From positions 11,883 through 75,882 of the IMG/VR virus record IMGVR_UViG_3300025030_000081: a DNA stretch of 64,000 bases, one strand, 5' to 3'. Shown in pieces: positions 36,949 to 44,998 of the stretch. Origin of the DNA: a virus. The position numbers and the translations under genes are program-made. Under the pieces are notes generated by a model. The model was given only the letters and a program-made list of their open reading frames with translations. It was not told the DNA's origin and did no database searches. How positions within the stretch are numbered: the first letter of the stretch is position 1; every line of letters begins with the position of its first letter.

Positions 36949-37126
36949 GAGTAGTTATCTGGTCATGGTCAGTCCTCCCGGACAGGTATATTTCTTGGTA
37001 ATTTCTTCACGTATTGTGCGGTCCAGAGCTGGCCGTCGACGGAGCCGCAGGTGCCTAGACAGCCCGCGGGTCGCAGGATCCAGCCGGTGCGTAAGCGGGT
37101 GGCGTCAAGTTTCATGATTGATTCTC

Positions 37127-37513
37127 CTAGTTGATGTTCAGGATGATGTCCACAACCTCTTTGCAGTACCATGCCCGGTAGTCGTTCGTGTCCTCTCCGG
37201 TCCAGACGTAGTCACCAGTGAAGAAGGTTTCTCTTGCCTGTGCCTGGCACCAGTAGCCGGTTCCGTCTTTGGTTTTACCCAAGCCATTGCCGCATGTTTT
37301 TCCTCCGTGGTAATCCATTACCGCCCACAGTAGCGTTCTTCTGAAGGATCTTGCTATCTGATCGGGATATGGCTCCAGTGCGAATACTCCTCGCAGGGTG
37401 CTGGAGGCATGCTCCGGCGGCGGTCGGTTGATGGAGACGCGGGTGATCCCGGCTCTGGCCAGATCCTCCAGCAGGTTGAAGGTCTTGGTGATGGTTTCAG
37501 TGACCTGTGTCAT
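37127..37513 (-). CDS. Hypothetical protein
   Basis: AAGGAG RBS. Confidence 0.6.
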   Translation of the reverse strand: MTQVTETITKTFNLLEDLARAGITRVSINRPPPEHASSTLRGVFALEPYPDQIARSFRRTLLWAVMDYHGGKTCGNGLGKTKDGTGYWCQAQARETFFTGDYVWTGEDTNDYRAWYCKEVVDIILNIN

Positions 37514-37516
37514 AGC

Positions 37517-37708
37517 TTAGTTTCTCCTTACGGTGTCCACTACTTCAGCAAGCAGGTCTTCCAGAGACATACTTTGGCAATAGAAGTAGCCACCATCGAG
37601 GGCAGTGACTTCTGCGCAGTACAGGTTGGTTACAGCACATTGGTACAGTTTGATAGAGTCAACGTGGTCCATGAGATAAATCAGGTTCTCTGATATGTGA
37701 GCTGTCAT
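37517..37708 (-). CDS. Hypothetical protein
   Basis: AGGAGGTGA RBS; overlaps RNAP1 stop. Confidence 0.55.
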   Translation of the reverse strand: MTAHISENLIYLMDHVDSIKLYQCAVTNLYCAEVTALDGGYFYCQSMSLEDLLAEVVDTVRRN

Positions 37709-38508
37709 AGCCGGATCACCTCCTTGTCGGCCAGCTGGACGATGGCCTTCTTGTAGCTGGATCCCTGATAGCCCACGCAGTAGCCAGAGGCGTAGCATCT
37801 CCCTCTGGTGTCATGGCTGTGGCTCAGGTGAAAGCGGTTACCCTGTTTCCTGATCAGCCCGTAGACGCTGCTGCTGTTCTCCACGAAGGCATTCCATGCC
37901 TGCTCCTGTTCGACGGTCTCGTGGGCGTTCTTGGTGGTCTCCGGCAGGGTGTCGATGACGCGCAGCTCGAGCGCCAGAGGTATCGCGTTCATTCTGTCGA
38001 TATGCTCGTTGCAGACGTCGCCCTCATGCTGCTTCAGCCGGGAACCAAGGATCCTGCTGGTCACCGGTTCGGGTCTTTCGAAGAGCGGCATGTGCTGGAT
38101 GAACCTCGGGATCTCCACCTCGAGCTCGTGGTCGGTCGTGATGACCATGTTGTTCTCCGAGGTCTTGGTGATGACGATCAGCTCGCACTGGTAAGCCAGG
38201 GCGATCATCTCGGCGGCCGTCTTGGCCCGATCCAGAGTACTGGCGCAGTTGACATGATTGGCGATGGCGCCGATCAGCGCCTGATAGGTGATGCCCGACG
38301 GATGCAGCAGGGCCATGGCGTAGATATGGTAGGCCACGTCGTAGAGCGCCTCCTCTTCCGGAGACCACTCCATGAGCCTGTCGTTCTTGGACTGGTAGCC
38401 GTGGAGCATGTTAACCCAGTGGAACAGCGTCTCGACGGTATCCAGCAGATCCTGAGGTACCGCATGGGAGTTGAAGTACTCCTTCAGCCATCTCACTTCG
38501 TTTTGCAT
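37705..38508 (-). CDS. N4-like RNA polymerase II subunit 1 (gp15-like)
   Basis: SKNDRL, MPL...P, GNRFHL.H..D.RGR.Y..GY...QG..Y.KA. Confidence 0.9.
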   Translation of the reverse strand: MQNEVRWLKEYFNSHAVPQDLLDTVETLFHWVNMLHGYQSKNDRLMEWSPEEEALYDVAYHIYAMALLHPSGITYQALIGAIANHVNCASTLDRAKTAAEMIALAYQCELIVITKTSENNMVITTDHELEVEIPRFIQHMPLFERPEPVTSRILGSRLKQHEGDVCNEHIDRMNAIPLALELRVIDTLPETTKNAHETVEQEQAWNAFVENSSSVYGLIRKQGNRFHLSHSHDTRGRCYASGYCVGYQGSSYKKAIVQLADKEVIRL

Positions 38509-38523
38509 GACTGTCTCCTTTGG

Positions 38524-38712
38524 TTACCAGCAGTAGTTGTGATTGCAGTACTTTCGCGGTGTATATGACTTGATGGGGGCGTTGAAGCGATCCTGATAAT
38601 AACGGTCAATCGTCCACTTCTCGTAAGGCGTGGCACCGGCAGGATAGTGGTATGCGGGACCACAACCAGTCAGTACTGCAACAAGGAACAGCAGTGTGAG
38701 CAGTTTGTGCAT
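38524..38712 (-). CDS. Predicted small lipoprotein
   Basis: Signal peptide with lipobox LTG-C. Confidence 0.7.
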   Translation of the reverse strand: MHKLLTLLFLVAVLTGCGPAYHYPAGATPYEKWTIDRYYQDRFNAPIKSYTPRKYCNHNYCW

Positions 38713-38734
38713 GGTGTTCTCCTTGAGTTAGTTG

Positions 38735-38773
38735 AAAAACGGTAGCCACCCTAAACTGCTTGGATGGCTACCG
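38735..38773 (-). terminator. Intrinsic terminator after gp2-like gene
   Basis: CGGTAGCCA...TGGCTACCG followed by TTTTT on the minus strand. Confidence 0.75.
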
Positions 38774-38780
38774 GTGGAGG

Positions 38781-39110
38781 TTAGTTGAAGACCGGCTTCT
38801 GCACCAGCTTGATGGCGCTGATGTCCAGCTTCTCGGGCTGCTCGGCGTGGATGACGATGCGGAGTTCCGCGTTGACGATTGCGGTGCCACCGTTCTCCGT
38901 GGCGAGCTGGATCAGTGCCTTCTCCTGCAACGAGAGGTATTCGTTGTCGATCAGGCTGAAGCCGCGGTTGGACCTGAGGATCGGCTTGCCGTCGTCGCCG
39001 TTGATGCTCCAGTTGACGAAGGCTAAGACCTTGGCTTTCTCTTTGACGAGAGCGGGCTTGAGAGCGGGAGCGGAGGAAGATTGAGCGGATTTGAGATTGG
39101 GTTTTGCCAT
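38781..39110 (-). CDS. N4 gp2-like ssDNA-binding RNAPII activator
   Basis: KA.AFVNW motif, size, and position just upstream of RNAP1. Confidence 0.55.
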   Translation of the reverse strand: MAKPNLKSAQSSSAPALKPALVKEKAKVLAFVNWSINGDDGKPILRSNRGFSLIDNEYLSLQEKALIQLATENGGTAIVNAELRIVIHAEQPEKLDISAIKLVQKPVFN

Positions 39111-39309
39111 GATAGGACTCCTTTGATCGAATGTAATACCTGACGGTATCCACTTATGTAGAGAGGGTTTTGACTGTCCAAGTGTGTGCCTCTAAAAACG
39201 ACAAAGCCCTCAATCAAGAGGGCTCTGAAGACGGACTGCTTTCAACCTCGTCAGGTCGCGCAACTTGATTTCAGTTCTTCATGGGAACCTCCGGTGACCA
39301 CGTTATTGG

Positions 39310-39543
39310 CTAGTTGAAGTAACTGCCGGGTTTTGCTCCCGGTCTTTTACTGAAGTAGCCTTTGGAGCTCTTGGAGCTTTTGCCCTTGCTCTTGCCCTTG
39401 CTGAACGACTTGCCAGAGGAGGACTTGCTGTAGCTCTTGCCGGAAGACTTACCGGAAGAGTGGCCGCCATGATTACTGCTTTTGGCGAACGCGGGGGCAG
39501 ACAGCACCAGGGACAGCATGAGACAGAGAACGAGAGCTTTCAT
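39310..39543 (-). CDS. Secreted Ser/Lys/Gly-rich low-complexity protein
   Basis: Sec signal ending APAFA; (SSGKS)-type repeats. Confidence 0.65.
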   Translation of the reverse strand: MKALVLCLMLSLVLSAPAFAKSSNHGGHSSGKSSGKSYSKSSSGKSFSKGKSKGKSSKSSKGYFSKRPGAKPGSYFN

Positions 39544-39570
39544 TACAACCTCCAAGAGATAGATGATTAT

Positions 39571-39765
39571 TTACCGTCTATGCGAGAAGGGTTTTAAGTG
39601 TGTGCCTGTGGACACCAGCCCCTTACGGAGCTGGCAGTACACCTCTTTCAAGTAGCGTATCTCGTCGTACCGGTGCATGGTCCGCCTGCTTTTCGGCGTT
39701 CCGAGCCAATCCTGCACGGCCCCGAGGGATAGAAGCAGGCGCCGTCGGGCGGTTCGTAACTGCAC
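39571..39765 (-). CDS. Basic hypothetical protein
   Basis: ORF overlapping the 3' end of the upstream ORF; the two calls compete. Confidence 0.4.
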   Translation of the reverse strand: MQLRTARRRLLLSLGAVQDWLGTPKSRRTMHRYDEIRYLKEVYCQLRKGLVSTGTHLKPFSHRR

Positions 39766-40244
39766 GTCACCATCATGGCGTTGATGCCGCAGCTGGTCAT
39801 ACCCGCTATCGTCGGTGCCAGAAGCACTTCGGCGCTGCCGGATCGCAGTTCAGGTTTCTCCTTCAAGATACTCTCTACCCAGCGCACACCGCTTTCCGTT
39901 TGCTCCGAAAGGATCGACGGTGCCCGCATCGGGAGGGAACGGACCTCGTATTCAAATTCAGAGGTTGCACCCACAAGGTGTGCACCGGCGCAGGTCGGGC
40001 AAATTCCATGACTCTCACCCACGGAACCGTTACCCTCTTTGTCTCCCATTGAAGTCTTGCACCAAGCACAGGTGACCGTCATCGTGGTCAACCGGAGTTC
40101 AGGACCGACCAGTTCGCGTACCCGGGCCAGAGCGTCGAAGAATGCCGCATCGCGCTGAGACGCCTCGTTGTAACGGCTGGAAGTCATATTGCAAAGTGCT
40201 GCAACGGTAACGGATAATGCCTGGTGCAGATTGTCGTAAGACAT
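39648..40244 (-). CDS. Hypothetical protein with CAWC...HGICPTC zinc finger
   Basis: GGAGG RBS before ATG 40244. Confidence 0.55.
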   Translation of the reverse strand: MSYDNLHQALSVTVAALCNMTSSRYNEASQRDAAFFDALARVRELVGPELRLTTMTVTCAWCKTSMGDKEGNGSVGESHGICPTCAGAHLVGATSEFEYEVRSLPMRAPSILSEQTESGVRWVESILKEKPELRSGSAEVLLAPTIAGMTSCGINAMMVTCSYEPPDGACFYPSGPCRIGSERRKAGGPCTGTTRYAT

Positions 40245-40310
40245 GTCGCCTCCATTCATTTCATTTCATTTTAAGTGTGGTCCAGGTATTTCTGCTCCTT
40301 GTCTGAAACC

Positions 40311-40388
40311 GTCCAGCCCAAGACGTCCTGGCGGGCTTGTCCCGCCGGGAGAGTTTTCTCCTCGAGAAAACTCCAGTCTTGGGTGGAC
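40311..40388. other. T-shaped three-way inverted-repeat element
   Basis: GTCCAgCCCAAGAC/GTCTTGGGTGGAC stem with TGGCGGG/CCCGCCG and GAGTTTTCTC/GAGAAAACTC arms. Confidence 0.7.
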
Positions 40389-40572
40389 AGCAGTATTCCT
40401 TTTCTTTGTTAGGTGTTTCCATTGTTATAACGCACAAAGTTATCCGCCTTGTTGATAAGGGTGAACTCTTTGTGGGTAAGCGATGTTACCAAGTACTTGA
40501 TCAGGATCAATAGCAAGCTGATTATCATCTTATGTTCGTTCATTTAAGACTCCTTGTGGGTGGACAGCAGAA

Positions 40573-40926
40573 TCAGCGCAGTTCCTTCAGCATCTCGTTA
40601 AGCTTGTCGAGGGTGGGCTGGACGAGCCGTTTGGACAGCGTGCTGAACCCAAGCTCTTTCTCGCAGATCGTAATCAGGACGCTGAGGTCCCCTTTGTCCA
40701 GGCGCGGCCTGTCTGGTCCTACCTGCTCAGTTTTGCAGTAAGGGCAGTCGAAGGTCTTGGGAGTGGAAGCATCAGTCCAGCTGCCCTGAAACCAGATACG
40801 CTCACCGCATTTCTTGCAGAGCATCGAACAGGTGCTGCTTTCTAGGGTGTACTTATTGTCGTCAAGGGTGTACCTATTGTCACCGAATCTCTCTATTGCC
40901 TGTGCTGTCGTCATTGGCGTTTTCAT
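40573..40926 (-). CDS. Zinc-ribbon-containing early protein
   Basis: CKKC...CPYC; AAGGAG RBS. Confidence 0.65.
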   Translation of the reverse strand: MKTPMTTAQAIERFGDNRYTLDDNKYTLESSTCSMLCKKCGERIWFQGSWTDASTPKTFDCPYCKTEQVGPDRPRLDKGDLSVLITICEKELGFSTLSKRLVQPTLDKLNEMLKELR

Positions 40927-41004
40927 GATTTTCTCCTTGTGATGAAGGGTAAGGGTAACCCCTGCGGCTGAAGGCAGCCTACAGGGGCACCTGCTTCGTT
41001 AACT

Positions 41005-41387
41005 CTAGCCTCGGAATAAGCCGCGTATTAGTTGCCGCAGCCACTGCTGGCAGGTGAGTGTTGCTCCGAAGAGGAAGCGGTAGCACTCGATCCCCCGAGT
41101 CCCTGCCATGATGTTCTCGATCTTGGTGTTGCCTGCCAGTAGGTCACGTTGCATGGTGGATCTCCTTTAAGGGTATTGAAGCCAGTTGGCACAGGGAACG
41201 GTGGACTTGGCGCAGATGCTTTTCAGGTAGCAATTGGAGCAGGATTTGTCAGGCATGAGACTGCCTCCTATGACTTTACAGTAAATGAATGGTTACAGGC
41301 ATAGCAAAGGTAGTCAGCCCACGACAATGTAGGATGATTGCCTTGGAACTTGACCTTGCTTTCATTACCACATTTTGGACACTTCAT
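41005..41387 (-). CDS. Three micro-ORFs: 41387-41268 (39 aa zinc ribbon), 41256-41167 (29 aa Cys-rich), 41154-41005 (49 aa)
   Basis: Each has an AGGAG(G) RBS; tightly packed; not in ORF track. Confidence 0.6.
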
Positions 41388-41443
41388 GGTTATCTCCTTT
41401 TGGAATGTAGGCAAGGCTGGATGTTACTCCAGCCCGGGATTTA

Positions 41444-41701
41444 TTACCAGTAGGTGAGGGTGCCGACGACCTTCTTCAGGGTGATCTGGCACTTGTGACC
41501 TGCGAGAGTGCCCTGATAGATGTTCAGGGTAGGATGCTTGGTAAGGACATAGGAGCCTTTGGTGGTGACCAGCCTGACAGTGGCCTGATCGACGATGGAT
41601 ACGGAGATTTGGGATTTGTCGTCGGTGAACCTGACTACGTCCTTGGAGAGCTGGATTGCTTCGCCCAGAGCGTTAACGCCTGCGAGTTGGATCTTGGTCA
41701 T
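41444..41701 (-). CDS. Early hypothetical beta-rich protein
   Basis: AGGAGG RBS. Confidence 0.65.
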   Translation of the reverse strand: MTKIQLAGVNALGEAIQLSKDVVRFTDDKSQISVSIVDQATVRLVTTKGSYVLTKHPTLNIYQGTLAGHKCQITLKKVVGTLTYW

Positions 41702-41737
41702 AGTAGCCTCCTGAGAGTTATGAGAATAGGAAAAGGA

Positions 41738-41968
41738 TTACTTAGGGCTTCTAGGGTAGTTGGCTTTGTTAACCCACTCCCCTGCAACATAATCCAAGAC
41801 GCCCTCTTCGTAAATGAGCCTCTCTTCTTCTTCAGTGAGAGGACGGCCACAGCAATCGGTGGTGAGTGATCCTTCAGCACCATGGCAGATGGTGCAGAAC
41901 TGGAGACCTCCACCGCAGATGTTGCAAGGATCTTCACCGCAATTGCAAGTAGCATACTTATGTTCCAT
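41738..41968 (-). CDS. Cys-rich early protein
   Basis: CNC...CNIC.GGL..C..C.GAEGSLTTDCCGR pattern; GGAGG RBS. Confidence 0.7.
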   Translation of the reverse strand: MEHKYATCNCGEDPCNICGGGLQFCTICHGAEGSLTTDCCGRPLTEEEERLIYEEGVLDYVAGEWVNKANYPRSPK

Positions 41969-42120
41969 GGTATTACCTCCGAGAGTAGGGAATAGTTAAC
42001 TTCCAGATATGCGTAGAGGGTTTTAGGCATCTTTAGGGATACTATCTTCCTCTGACGATACTATCTGAGGTGTGGTGTTTGTGTGCCTTTGGCTGTGTGA
42101 ACTTAGTTGTGTGGTTGGAG

Positions 42121-42147
42121 AACTAAACCCTACCCCGAAGGGTAGGG
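42121..42147 (-). terminator. UUCG-tetraloop terminator after the first early gene
   Basis: CCCUACCC-UUCG-GGGUAGGG-UUUAGUU on the minus strand. Confidence 0.8.
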
Positions 42148-42156
42148 AGTTAGGTG

Positions 42157-42348
42157 CTATGCTTCTGCCAAGTTGGCGAGCATGGCCTGCTTCTGGGAGT
42201 TGATCATGATAGTTGAGATCTCATGAATCCCTTCTGCTCCGTCACGCAGGGTGAGGGTTGCGAACTCTACGGTCTCGCAGATGTTGTTGGCGGATCTGAA
42301 CAGCGAGCCTACGAATGCGGGTAACAGCGATGTTTGTTTCTGTGCCAT
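42157..42348 (-). CDS. First early gene (N4 gp1 position)
   Basis: AGGAGG RBS; outermost minus-strand ORF with a good RBS. Confidence 0.6.
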   Translation of the reverse strand: MAQKQTSLLPAFVGSLFRSANNICETVEFATLTLRDGAEGIHEISTIMINSQKQAMLANLAEA

Positions 42349-42517
42349 GGTGGTGCCTCCTGATCAGGGAAGATGGAGATGCCCTATTGCACTCCGCCCA
42401 TGTGAGGAGGGTTTGGCCTTTGACTTTGAGAGGAGGCTGGAACTTTGGAGGGCAAAGTTTATTGACTCCCGGGGGGTGGTTTGAGGTGTTGACCTTGGGC
42501 CATACAGTACAACGTCA

Positions 42518-42658
42518 GTACCTAGATTATGTAAATTTGCCCAGGTTTCGTTATCCTCTTCTAACACAACACCTGTACCCAGATTATATAATTTTCCTAT
42601 AGTTTCATTATCTTAGCCTAATGCTTACGTACCTAGATTACGCAAAAAAAAAAAAAAA
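42518..42658. repeat. Degenerate ~55-bp tandem repeat (GTACCYAGATTA at 42518, 42575, 42629) followed by A15
   Basis: Units 1 and 2 align along their length (gtttcgttatc/gtttcattatc, ctaa); located at the strand-divergence point. Confidence 0.8.
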
Positions 42659-42701
42659 TGGTGAGGTTTGATTAGAAATTATTTTACTTTCCTGTAATTT
42701 A

Positions 42702-42733
42702 GTTCTTGTATATTTTCCTACAGGAAGTATACT
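42702..42733 (+). promoter_or_regulatory. Sigma70-like promoter overlapped by a palindromic operator-like site
   Basis: TTGTAT-16-TATACT; GTTCTTGT-N10-ACAGGAAG. Confidence 0.6.
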
Positions 42734-42741
42734 CCCACTCC

Positions 42742-42936
42742 ATGATCATCAACAACTATTTTGAAATAGCTGACTCATGCATAGAAAAGCTGACTCCACG
42801 TGATAAGGCTGAATACTTTCTGCTCGGCGCCGTCTTCAGTACCGTGGGATCTGAGGGTATCCAGTACGACATAATGACTTATGAAGGCACCACACGTATC
42901 CTGGCTGTGCGCAGCACCGGTCTATTAAAATGGTAG
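42742..42936 (+). CDS. Small protein, DKAEYFLLGA family copy 1 (possibly leaderless)
   Basis: ATG 8 nt after the -10 box, no SD; motif shared with next ORF. Confidence 0.6.
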   Translation: MIINNYFEIADSCIEKLTPRDKAEYFLLGAVFSTVGSEGIQYDIMTYEGTTRILAVRSTGLLKW

Positions 42937-43178
42937 TCATAACAACCCCTACCAATCTATATTCAGCCGCCGAAAGCTATGTTAACGATTACGCCCTGGT
43001 GCAGCAGCTATTGTTGAAGCACGGTGCCACAACTCTGGTCAGGGCGCCACTCACGGCGGAGGATAAGGCCGAGTATTTCCTGCTGGGTGCCACCTTTACA
43101 ACCGAAGTGATCCACGACCAGGAAAGGCAGCTCATGCTGTACAAGGACAGGCTTTACCTGCTGGAGCCTGAATACTGA
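42930..43178 (+). CDS. Small protein, DKAEYFLLGA family copy 2
   Basis: LT..DKAEYFLLGA.F.T motif. Confidence 0.65.
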   Translation: MVVITTPTNLYSAAESYVNDYALVQQLLLKHGATTLVRAPLTAEDKAEYFLLGATFTTEVIHDQERQLMLYKDRLYLLEPEY

Positions 43179-43241
43179 TCTTTCTTCGGACATCTATCTG
43201 GGAATCTCTCGGGTCTCCCTAACTACCAGTAGGAGAATCTT

Positions 43242-43424
43242 ATGGAACGAATTGAAGATACCGGAATTATTGTCGCAGCCAGGTTAGCGTATGCAACACC
43301 ATCAGAGTACAGACTCCGGCGTGGGTCTGATGGTGAGGTGGTACTGCAAGGCGCCTACCGGTGGGAGCAAGGATCGAGTGGCGGTTTTGAATGGCGGGAC
43401 ATCCCCACTATTGAAGAGGAATAA
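43242..43424 (+). CDS. Small hypothetical protein
   Basis: AGGAG RBS; LQ...W......EWRDIP motif common in phage micro-proteins. Confidence 0.7.
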   Translation: MERIEDTGIIVAARLAYATPSEYRLRRGSDGEVVLQGAYRWEQGSSGGFEWRDIPTIEEE

Positions 43425-43700
43425 GGTGGACGGAGAGAAGCGTGGCCGGGGCGGACGAGCGGAGCGAGGATCGCCGGAAGGCCAAAGCTTCTCGACTGGT
43501 AGGTAGACAAATAAAGGAGAACATATTGGAATTGATATCTGCATCGTCTGGGCTGGCTGCGTTAGGTTTGTCTGTTGGTTTCTTTATGATTGGCTACCTT
43601 CTCGGAAGATGCCATGCATAACAAATCCAGCGTGCTTAGATTATATATATGGCGTTCAGTGGTCTGTTTTCCTCAATGGTTTCGCTGGGTTAGTATTTCA

Positions 43701-43801
43701 CTTCTTGTAATTATTTTACAGGAAGTCTTTCTTCTTGTGCATAGACTACAGGAAGTGTATTGTGCGTGGCAAGAAGTCATTGTAGCTAAAGGTACAGGAA
43801 A
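43701..43801 (+). promoter_or_regulatory. Three tandem palindromic operator-like sites overlapping a sigma70-like promoter
   Basis: CTTCTTGT-N9-ACAGGAAG at 43701 and 43731; GTCATTGT-N10-ACAGGAAA at 43776; TTGTGC-17-TATTGT at 43735-43763. Confidence 0.7.
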
Positions 43802-43905
43802 TTGTGGAAGCTACCGATGACCAATGACTAGTGGGTGGTGCAGGTGAAGCAGCAGTTCTGGTAGTCTCCGTGGCGGCGGCGCAGGACAACAAGGGGGATA
43901 AAACA

Positions 43906-44166
43906 ATGGGACCAGCTCGTGAGAGAAGGCAGCAGGTGGCACTGACCGAAAACCGGTATCGAAGGAAGAGCGACATGATCGAAGCCGTGGCGAAACTGAA
44001 GACGTACTCCATGGGCGAGCAGGCGCTGATCATCGCCAAGGCCGGGGAGCTGATGGGAGGGAACAAGAGAATGGAGGCATCGGCGGCGATCTTCCGAGCG
44101 ATCGAGAGTTGGACAGAGAGGCGCCAGAAAGTGCAGGGGGAGGGCGGTCATGGGCAGGCTGCTTAG
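43906..44166 (+). CDS. Small basic helical protein (candidate regulator)
   Basis: AAGGGGG RBS; first gene after the operator cluster. Confidence 0.6.
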   Translation: MGPARERRQQVALTENRYRRKSDMIEAVAKLKTYSMGEQALIIAKAGELMGGNKRMEASAAIFRAIESWTERRQKVQGEGGHGQAA

Positions 44167-44410
44167 AGAGGTGATGGCCGAGGGCTACCGCAACCCACCA
44201 CCGGAGCTGATTCCCGAGCTCCTGTTACTGGGTGAGCTGGAGCATGTTCAGCTTTCCCTGGATAACGGCCAGGTTATCGAGATGGACATGATCAGGTACA
44301 AGGGGATGGATTACGCCATGAAGGTCATCGACGGCGGGGTCTGGTATGGGACCAGGACCGAGCTGTTGGGCAAGGGGTTTCAACAACCGATAAGGGAGGA
44401 GATGGAATGA
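44150..44410 (+). CDS. Small protein, distant member of the DKAEYFLLGA family
   Basis: PELLLLG...MDMIRYKG aligns loosely with EYFLLG...YDIMTYEG. Confidence 0.55.
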   Translation: MGRLLREVMAEGYRNPPPELIPELLLLGELEHVQLSLDNGQVIEMDMIRYKGMDYAMKVIDGGVWYGTRTELLGKGFQQPIREEME

Positions 44411-44907
44411 AGAAATATGTGGGCGTGAAGTTGGTACTGGCAGAATTGATGAATCTCGGTGAGTACAACACACTTAGAGGCCAAGAGTTGCCGGCCGAGC
44501 AGGATCCGGCGACTGAGGGTTACCTGGTTGAGTATCTGGATATGGAAACAGCCCACCATCCGGAGTTCGCTCCTGGTTACATATCCTGGTGCCCGAAGGC
44601 CCAGTTCGAGAGAGCCAACCGTGCGATTGACGGTATGACCTTCGGCCATGCAATCGAGCTGGCGAAGACAGGACACAGGATCGCCCGGGCCGGCTGGAAC
44701 GGGAAGGGGATGTTCGTGGTTTATCTTCCTGGTTACCTGGAAGGGATCCTGGCCAACGAGGTCACCCAGCAGGCGTTCGGGTATGTCGGCCCGGAACTGC
44801 ATAAGGTGCGGCCGTATCTGGTCATGCGCTGTGCCGACGGCACGCACCAGATGTGGCTCGCTTCGCAGAGCGACATTCTCGAGGAGGATTGGGTAGTGGT
44901 GCAGTAG
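44407..44907 (+). CDS. DUF2829 / Tad2-like cyclic-nucleotide sponge with extra N-terminal domain
   Basis: MTFGHAIE..K.G.RIARAGWNGKGMF...W.ASQSDILEEDW signature; N-terminal KYVGVK..A..M...GYLVEY...YISW.PK..FE. Confidence 0.8.
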   Translation: MKKYVGVKLVLAELMNLGEYNTLRGQELPAEQDPATEGYLVEYLDMETAHHPEFAPGYISWCPKAQFERANRAIDGMTFGHAIELAKTGHRIARAGWNGKGMFVVYLPGYLEGILANEVTQQAFGYVGPELHKVRPYLVMRCADGTHQMWLASQSDILEEDWVVVQ

Positions 44908-44916
44908 GCAAAAGAA

Positions 44917-44945
44917 AAGGGCTGGATGGCGGCCAGCCCTTCTCC
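44917..44945. terminator. Terminator-like hairpin after the Tad2-like gene
   Basis: AAGGGCTGG-N7-CCAGCCCTT. Confidence 0.6.
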
Positions 44946-44998
44946 ACTTCGGAGGATACCACAAGCAAGGAGGGAACTTGTGATGGGGCTGTTATATT

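Noticed and set aside
39225-39282. Hammerhead-like CUGACGA...GAAA on the minus strand (and GUGAUGA-GC-GAAA at 10.27 kb)
   Set aside because: Stems I and III and the NUH cleavage triplet cannot be formed; the second site lacks CUGA
42518-43801. CRISPR array
   Set aside because: Repeats are short and few, intervening sequences are similar to each other or only ~9 bp, and there are no cas genes
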